Shown here one piece after another: positions 24,005 through 30,085 of a DNA stretch of 30,085 bases (its first letter is position 1; every line of letters starts with the position of its first letter). Under the pieces are notes generated by a model. The model had not been told where the DNA came from and did not search any database. It worked only from the letters and a program-made list of their open reading frames with translations. Made by a program: the position numbers and the translations under genes. Source of the DNA: Octopus sinensis (Eukaryota); assembly GCF_006345805.1 (NCBI RefSeq), contig NW_021832472.1:1-30085 (forward strand), read 5' to 3'.

Positions 24005-24099
24005 TATATAGATAGATATATAGATATATAGATAGATGAGAATAGATAGATAGATGGATGGATAGATAGATAGATATATAGAGAAAAGATAGATAGATC

Positions 24100-24148
<49 letters not shown>

Positions 24149-24225
24149 GTATGTAGATATATAGATAGATAGATAGATAGATAGATAGATGATAGATAGA
24201 TAGATAGATATATAGATAGATAGAT
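24005..24225 (+). repeat. (GATA)n microsatellite (imperfect) at the 3' end of E3
   Basis: Directly visible. Confidence 0.95.
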
Positions 24226-24626
24226 ATGTTTCTTTATTAGCCACACAGGGCTGCACACAGATAGAACAAATTACAAGTAGAGCTTTTCTTTTGAAGGTTT
24301 AAAAAATAAAAAAAAAAAAAATAAAAAAGTAAAATAATAATAAAATAAAAAAGGGGGGGTCGATCAAAAGGGATCGTAAAGGGAGAGAAAGAGGACAAAA
24401 AAAGGGGGTTAAAAAAAAGGGGGAGAGGAAAAAAATTGATCAATAGGGATCGTTATCACAGAAATGTCATATGAAGTGTAAAGGGGAGGACAGGTGAGGT
24501 TTACCCGTGGAAAGAAAAGCCTACGAAAAGACACACGGTAACCTCGGTCAATGAAGTCACATGTTATATTTCTTTTTTTTTTTTTTTTTTTGCAAATAAG
24601 CAACTCTCTGTATTAATTTTTACGGT

Positions 24627-27600
24627 TCATAGAATCATAGTCAAGGTGGCTTCGTCATTCATACGTGCCATCCTTGCTACATTCACCATCTTTTTTTAAA
24701 ACATTCACTAGACAAAACTTGCCTCTCTACTCTCACTTTTTTTCTCAAGTGATACTTGAAGTAGTTGATGAGAGATTGACCAGAGAGGAAAGTGTTTGTC
24801 TCTAATCCTTCAGACGCGTCCACCAGATACACTCTTTCGCCATAGCCACAAGTATGATAAACATAGCTCTTCCTTCCGTTTGAAGGAAGGAGGCGTGACC
24901 GATATTAACGATAGACTCGGCTGATAAACCGACACGTCCCACACGTGACAGCAGTCGTTCGACATAAGCCCACAGGTGGAAATTGCTGGACAATGCACGA
25001 TTGCGTGCAGAGCGGTTTCGTCGCTCTGCCCGCATCTCGGGCAGGTCGGCCCGTGTTTCTCGAGCCATGCCTATAGAGCTTATCCCGAACGGGTAGCGCT
25101 TCTCGGTAGCACCGCCAGGCCAGGGATCTCAGGAAGTTGTCCATAGGTCCCGGGCCGAAAGTCGTTTGAAACAGGCGGGTCAGGTATTCCTCGTCGACGC
25201 CCAGTTTTGCCCCGAGCTCGTCGTCGTACCTCCCCTCCACTAATCCCCTATAGAATGCTTTGGTTGTTTTGAAGTCACTCAGGTCGACCCGGGACGGCAG
25301 AGTTGCTTGAGAGCACCGTGACACTCGCGGTGCCATTCGCCCTTCTTCGGCCTCTTTTTGATCCACGACTGTAGTTCGGTCATGGAGACGAGTTGCGGGA
25401 ATGCGTGCCTCACAAACGGCGACCACACCTGTTCACCGTCGTCTACATAGAGCCGGAGATGTCGCAGTCTCAGCGCGTGTCTGCGCATCATCAACCACGG
25501 CATGCCCAGCCCTCCTTTTAACGGGTGTTGACAGCAAATGGATCGCCTGACCATCGGGACGCATCCTTTCCACAAGAAGCGGAAGAGGATGCGTTCTAGT
25601 TTGGTGATGGTAGGGTCGGGACAAGGTACGACGGTCAGGCGTAGTAGATGATGGACGCGATGTACGCGTTCACCACCTCCGCCCGACCTTTTAGGGACAG
25701 TTCCTCTCGGCCCATTGCTGGGCGAGAGTGACCACCCTACTCGTTATCTCGTTCCAGTTCTTCTCCATTTGGAGGTCCGGACCGAACCAGACCCCGAGCA
25801 ACTCAACCGGGCCGTCTGTCCAGCGTCCCACGACGGAGGTACTGGTGGACGGCATGGGCTTGCTTCTCCAGGTGCCGAGCCGCAAGCCCACTGACTTTTC
25901 CCGGTTGATTTTGCTCCTGTCACCGCTTCGTAGTCTTTCAATGTCTCGCCGACCCGCTCGATGTGCTCGTGGCTTGACACTATGACGGTGACGTCGTCCG
26001 CGTATGCAGACACGCTCGTCCCCATCCTAATTCTCGCGGGATGCCCCTCAGAGTCGCCAGCTTCCGCAGTAGTGGCTCAAGAGTCAATACGTATAGAAGC
26101 GCCGAGAGGGGGCATCCCTGACGGACCGAACGTGCAATGTCGAAGGGTCTCGATAGATGTCCATTTACGCGAATTACCGAACGGATGCCTCTGTACAAGG
26201 CAGCTATCCAGCGCGGAAGACGGGACCGAAACCAGCCGCTCTCAGGACTGCCTCCAAGTATCGATGGTCTACCCTATCAAAGGCTTTCGAATGATCCAAG
26301 TTGATCAGGGCCCCACCCATGCCAGGTTCGTTAACTCCCATGTCTATGATGTAGCGCATCAGATGGAGGTTGTCATGGATGCTCCGGCCCGCACGGCGCA
26401 CGTTTGTGCGTTGTCGACCAGTTTCTCCATGACAAGCGCCAACCTCTTGGCTACACCTTTGTCAAAATTTTCAGGTCTGCATTGAGCAGAGTGATTGGCC
26501 TAAAGTTATTTATAATGTTTCCCTTGTTTGGATCTTTCTTCAGCAGAGTTACAGCTCCTCGACTCACAAAACCGGGTATGCTCCCGTTTTGCTGCCAGTT
26601 GCAGTACACCGCTGCCAAGCAAGTCTGGCATACAATAGTAAAATTCGTAGGGTAGACCATCCAAACCCGGTGATTTGTCCCTCGAGCATTCTGCCATCGC
26701 TTCCCGCACTTCCGCCGCCGTGATGGCACCTTCGCAGCACCCTGCCCTTCTTGTCGAGAGTCGTGGCAGGCTATGTAGGTAGGCACTGAAGTCTACCCTA
26801 CGTTCTTGCCCTCCACTCGTCCCGAACAGTCGGGCAAAATGCTGCTGAAAGGCCTCACACATTTTACTTGGCTCGAGCAATTCGCGCCCCTGTTCATCTA
26901 CCAGTGACCGAATGGTGGCTTTGTTGCCCTGTTGCGCCTCTGCCACCCGGGCCTCTCTCGCGGCTCCAACACCTTCGTTCCTTAGAGCACGCATCCTAGC
27001 TCTGACAGCACATCCTTCGTGTTTGGCGTTGAAGTGTTGGTCGAGGGCCAACCTCGCCGCCAAAACGTCGGATGCGATGCCGCTTCTAATTGCCTCTTCT
27101 AGCTTCTTAACTAGCTCACCCTCTACTCTATTTCTATCTATGGCTAGTGCTTTGCTGTACCTAATCGCTTCTGCTTTTACTGCTCTCTTGAGGCAAACCA
27201 CCATTTGTTGTTGATGATGGCTCCCGTCAAAGCCCTCTTTACTAGTGTGCTAATCCGGTCTCTGAAAACTTGTCTGGACGGGAATGATGCGTTCAGTTTC
27301 CAGTACCCGGACCCTGTCTATGTGCCTTATCTAAGTCTAGCGTACACGTCACCAATTTGTGATCCGTGTAGCTGACTGTGTGGAATTGTGGACATCCTAA
27401 GTTATCCTTGTCTACTGTCCTACACAGTATCCTATCTAGATACGATCTCGACGACCACTGCGGTTGCTCCATGTCCACGTTGGTGCATTTGGGTGGTCGA
27501 GTCGGTACCTGTCAGACAGTTGGAATCGTCTGAGCAGGTCTCTGAGGCATTTGCATCCCCTTCTGTTTCTGTCTCTACCCACGTAGTCTACATGCGTGTC

Positions 27601-28034
27601 CAAGGTAGCATTCCAATCCCCCACTAATAGTAAAGGACGAGACGTTCCCAAGAATACTTCTAGACGTCGAAAGAAATCCGCCCGACCTGTTAAGGGCGGT
27701 GCGTAGACTGATACGAGTCGAAAAGCGCACCCATTGCTGCCGTCAACATCCAGAACGATCAGTCTACCCTCCGGGTCTACGAATATCGTCTTGACTTCGA
27801 GATCCAGGCTCTTGTGAAAAAGTACCGCGGCCACTACCGCCCATCCTCGGCAGACAGGGAGCGAAATAAATGTTAACTGTCCGCCAAACATGGACTTTAG
27901 GGCCCGCGGCTCGTGGAGTCTGGTCTCACTTATGGCTATGATTCCCAAATCATGTGACTTGATGTCATTTAGGAGGTATCCTTGTTTCCAAAGAGACCCC
28001 AGCCACGCGCATTCACACAACCAATCTTGACCAT
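24627..28034 (-). pseudogene. E3 ORF2: APE endonuclease, reverse transcriptase and CCHC finger, with multiple frameshifts
   Basis: The ATG at 28034 gives MVKIGCVNARG. It continues IIAISETRL, LLVGDWNATLD, TWTWSN, RSYLDRI, YTDHKLV, SPGLDGLP, KAFDRVDH, SVRQGCPLS and an intact SAYADDVT. The stop codon is at 24627-24629. Confidence 0.95.
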
Positions 28035-28084
28035 GATTCTATTGGGGTGTGTGCTTTAAAACACACAAATGAAAGTACAGAGAG

Positions 28085-30085
28085 TTACTTACTTGTGTCG
28101 AAAGTTTTGGCTTCCTCGTTCTTTGATGTGTCTTCGAGGAGGTTTCTATATAGTTTTTGGGACAGATATTTCTGGAAACCCCCTACAGCATTTGGGAAGA
28201 GGGCTTTGAGTTTGTGGTGTTGTGTTTGTGTGATGTGTAGTATTTTGATGTGTTTGGGTGGTGTAGTGCGGTGATGATTGCTATTTTTAAAGTCATCTTC
28301 ACAAATGTTTGTGTATCCTGTGATGTACTCCATTAGTTTGGAGTCTTTTGTGTCTATCGCTGATAGCATTGTTTTTGTGGTGTTGGTGCTTGTTTTGTTG
28401 TGTATGGAGTTTTCAGGGTTCAGGTATCTCCCTGCTTTGGTTGCGATTTCTTGTTTGGTTTTTCTTGATCTTTTTCTTTTACCCCCTGTGGCTATTTGCC
28501 ATTCTGTCGAACTTTCATCGTTAGATGAAAAGTCTGACGAATCAGCAGGGGGCAAGGGTAAAGCGTCTGGGTGTGTTTGTGCGGTTGTAGATATTGTTGT
28601 GGTGCGCGGGGAGGGTGTTGCTGGGGGGTTTGTTGTGGTTATTGTCTCTCCTACATCCTTGGTGCTTGTCTTCTTCGTTGTTATTCTTGTGTTGGAATTG
28701 GTTTATTTGTTGTTGTGGTGATGATTCTGTTCTTCGCGCTGGTGTTGGTGTTGTTTGGTTGGGTTGGCTTGTTCTTTGTTGTTTTTCCTGCATTTCCGCA
28801 TACAGCTTCTTGACTAGCTGTCCATATTGTGGTGTGGGCAATAATCCTGGCTTTTGTGATTTTTCCTGTGGCTGTTGTTGTTGTTGTAATTTTGCGGCAG
28901 ATTTGCACTCCCTTTTGAGGTGTGCCTGACTGCCACATGTATAGCATCGTGGCCTTCTGCCTCGACTATACTACGTATAACTTGCGGCCATCCTCAAGAT
29001 GTACGTGGGTGGGGATTTTATTTATGTCCTCTTGACTTATGTGGAAGAGGAACTCTATTCTCTTTCCCAGCCAGTCCTTGTTTTCCGAAACACCGATATC
29101 TAGGTTGTTTAAGTCCTCCATTTCGGATGTTAAGGCGGATGTAATCCACAGTGTTGTAGTCACTTCGGGGACACCACTGATAATGACTTTCGTCACCTTC
29201 TGGCCGAGGTAACTCGGTGTCAACGTTAGTTCATCAGAATGAAGGGTTATCGTTGAAATTTCTTCGCCAACTCTTCATTCTGCAAAAACACCTGTACGTG
29301 TGCGAACTTGTTCGCCCCCAGTCACACAATCCTTGTATCCCCAGATGGGGCGTAAGCACTTTTCGACTTTTCTGTGCTTGCCTTTTCTGGACTTTTTGTT
29401 TTTTTATTTGTGATTTTATATACAATTGTCTTTTTTTCTCCTCATTCAGTATGTGCTGAGGTATGTGTAAGAGTATTTTTCCGTTTTGATTTGTAATAAG
29501 GTTTCTGCAATTTTTAATCTGTTTGTGTAGTAAACGAAACTTTTGTACCTTTTCTTTTATCGCCTCGGCAAAGTTTGTTGTTGTTTTGTTATTGTTGTTA
29601 CTGCCGTGGTGTGTTTGTGTTGATGGCAGGGGTGTGGTTGTAGGTTTGTGGTTGCTGATTATGCAACTAGCAAGGGGGGAAAATTGCCTGCGTAATTTAG
29701 TCCTGCATTAGCGCAAATTTCGGCATTTCGTTTGCTTGTCGTCGTTATTTTTTCACTTGTTGGTGATGGAGTGAGCAGTGGTTGAAGGGAATTGTTGTTG
29801 TCGTCGTCGTTGTTGTTTGTTGTTGTGTTGTTATTGTCGTTCTTGGTGACGGCGGTGGTGTTAGTAGTATTAGTAGCATTGACGGCACGGTCTTTGGTGG
29901 CTGTGATGGTGATGTTGGTATTGTTATTGGTGGCGACGTCTTTAGTAGGGATAGCAGTTTTAGTAGCAGATTCTGCCATGGTGTTGTTGTCGGTGTTGTG
30001 GTGGTGGTGGACTCACTGATGGTGTTGACGGTGCTTGGCCTTGCGACCTTTGTTTTGTATTTGTTGCTGTTGTCGATGTTGATGG
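28085..30085 (-). pseudogene. E3 ORF1 (nucleic-acid-binding, gag-like), frameshifted; start outside the window
   Basis: CYTCGSQAHLKREC is a CX2CX4HX4C zinc knuckle at 28905-28946. VEKCLRPI and GQKV are shared with E0 ORF1. Long T/N/Q-rich low-complexity tracts are present. Confidence 0.8.

Larger units (their letters stand above)
24226..30085 (-). mobile_element. E3: near full-length Tx1/L1-clade LINE; 5' end lies beyond the window
   Basis: Contains ORF1, ORF2 and a 3' UTR with AATAAA at 24233-24238, ending in (GATA)n. Confidence 0.95.

Noticed and set aside
193-24258. Many ORFs rich in YI, HT, CV, LSIY or poly-L/N (e.g. 193..405, 5737..5982, 9177..9386, 21531..21935, 23935..24258)
   Set aside because: They are translations of microsatellites and have no protein-like content.
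18735-28929. Plus-strand ORFs overlapping E1 and E3 (e.g. 25961..26485, 28278..28721)
   Set aside because: They are antisense shadows of GC-richer LINE coding sequence.

Overview
AT-rich, microsatellite-dense animal DNA made almost entirely of transposon remains. The SINE type and the (TA)n/(GATA)n/(AAT)n load resemble Octopus (coleoid cephalopod) DNA; this is inference. I find no intact host gene, rRNA, tRNA gene or CRISPR array. Left half: a tRNA-headed SINE, a dead DD37D (maT-type) Tc1/mariner transposase, fragments of Tx1/L1, RTE and Penelope retroelements, and a ~2.6-2.8 kb tandem duplication. Right half (15.5-30 kb): four co-oriented minus-strand Tx1/L1-clade LINE copies, E0-E3, from about three diverged lineages. 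The strongest signal is that all six element ends I can define join a (GATA)n microsatellite in the same register. No poly(A) is present at the 3' ends, and there is a fixed 7-nt spacer after AATAAA. This points to a (GATA)n-targeting, site-specific LINE group. Other notable structure: a 46-nt invariant core inside a ~80%-identical, partly inverted paralogous block; a chimeric junction recording the crossover that made the tandem duplication; and a templated insertion flanked by a 40-bp duplication at a hairpin. All alignments and translations were done by hand, and identities are approximate.
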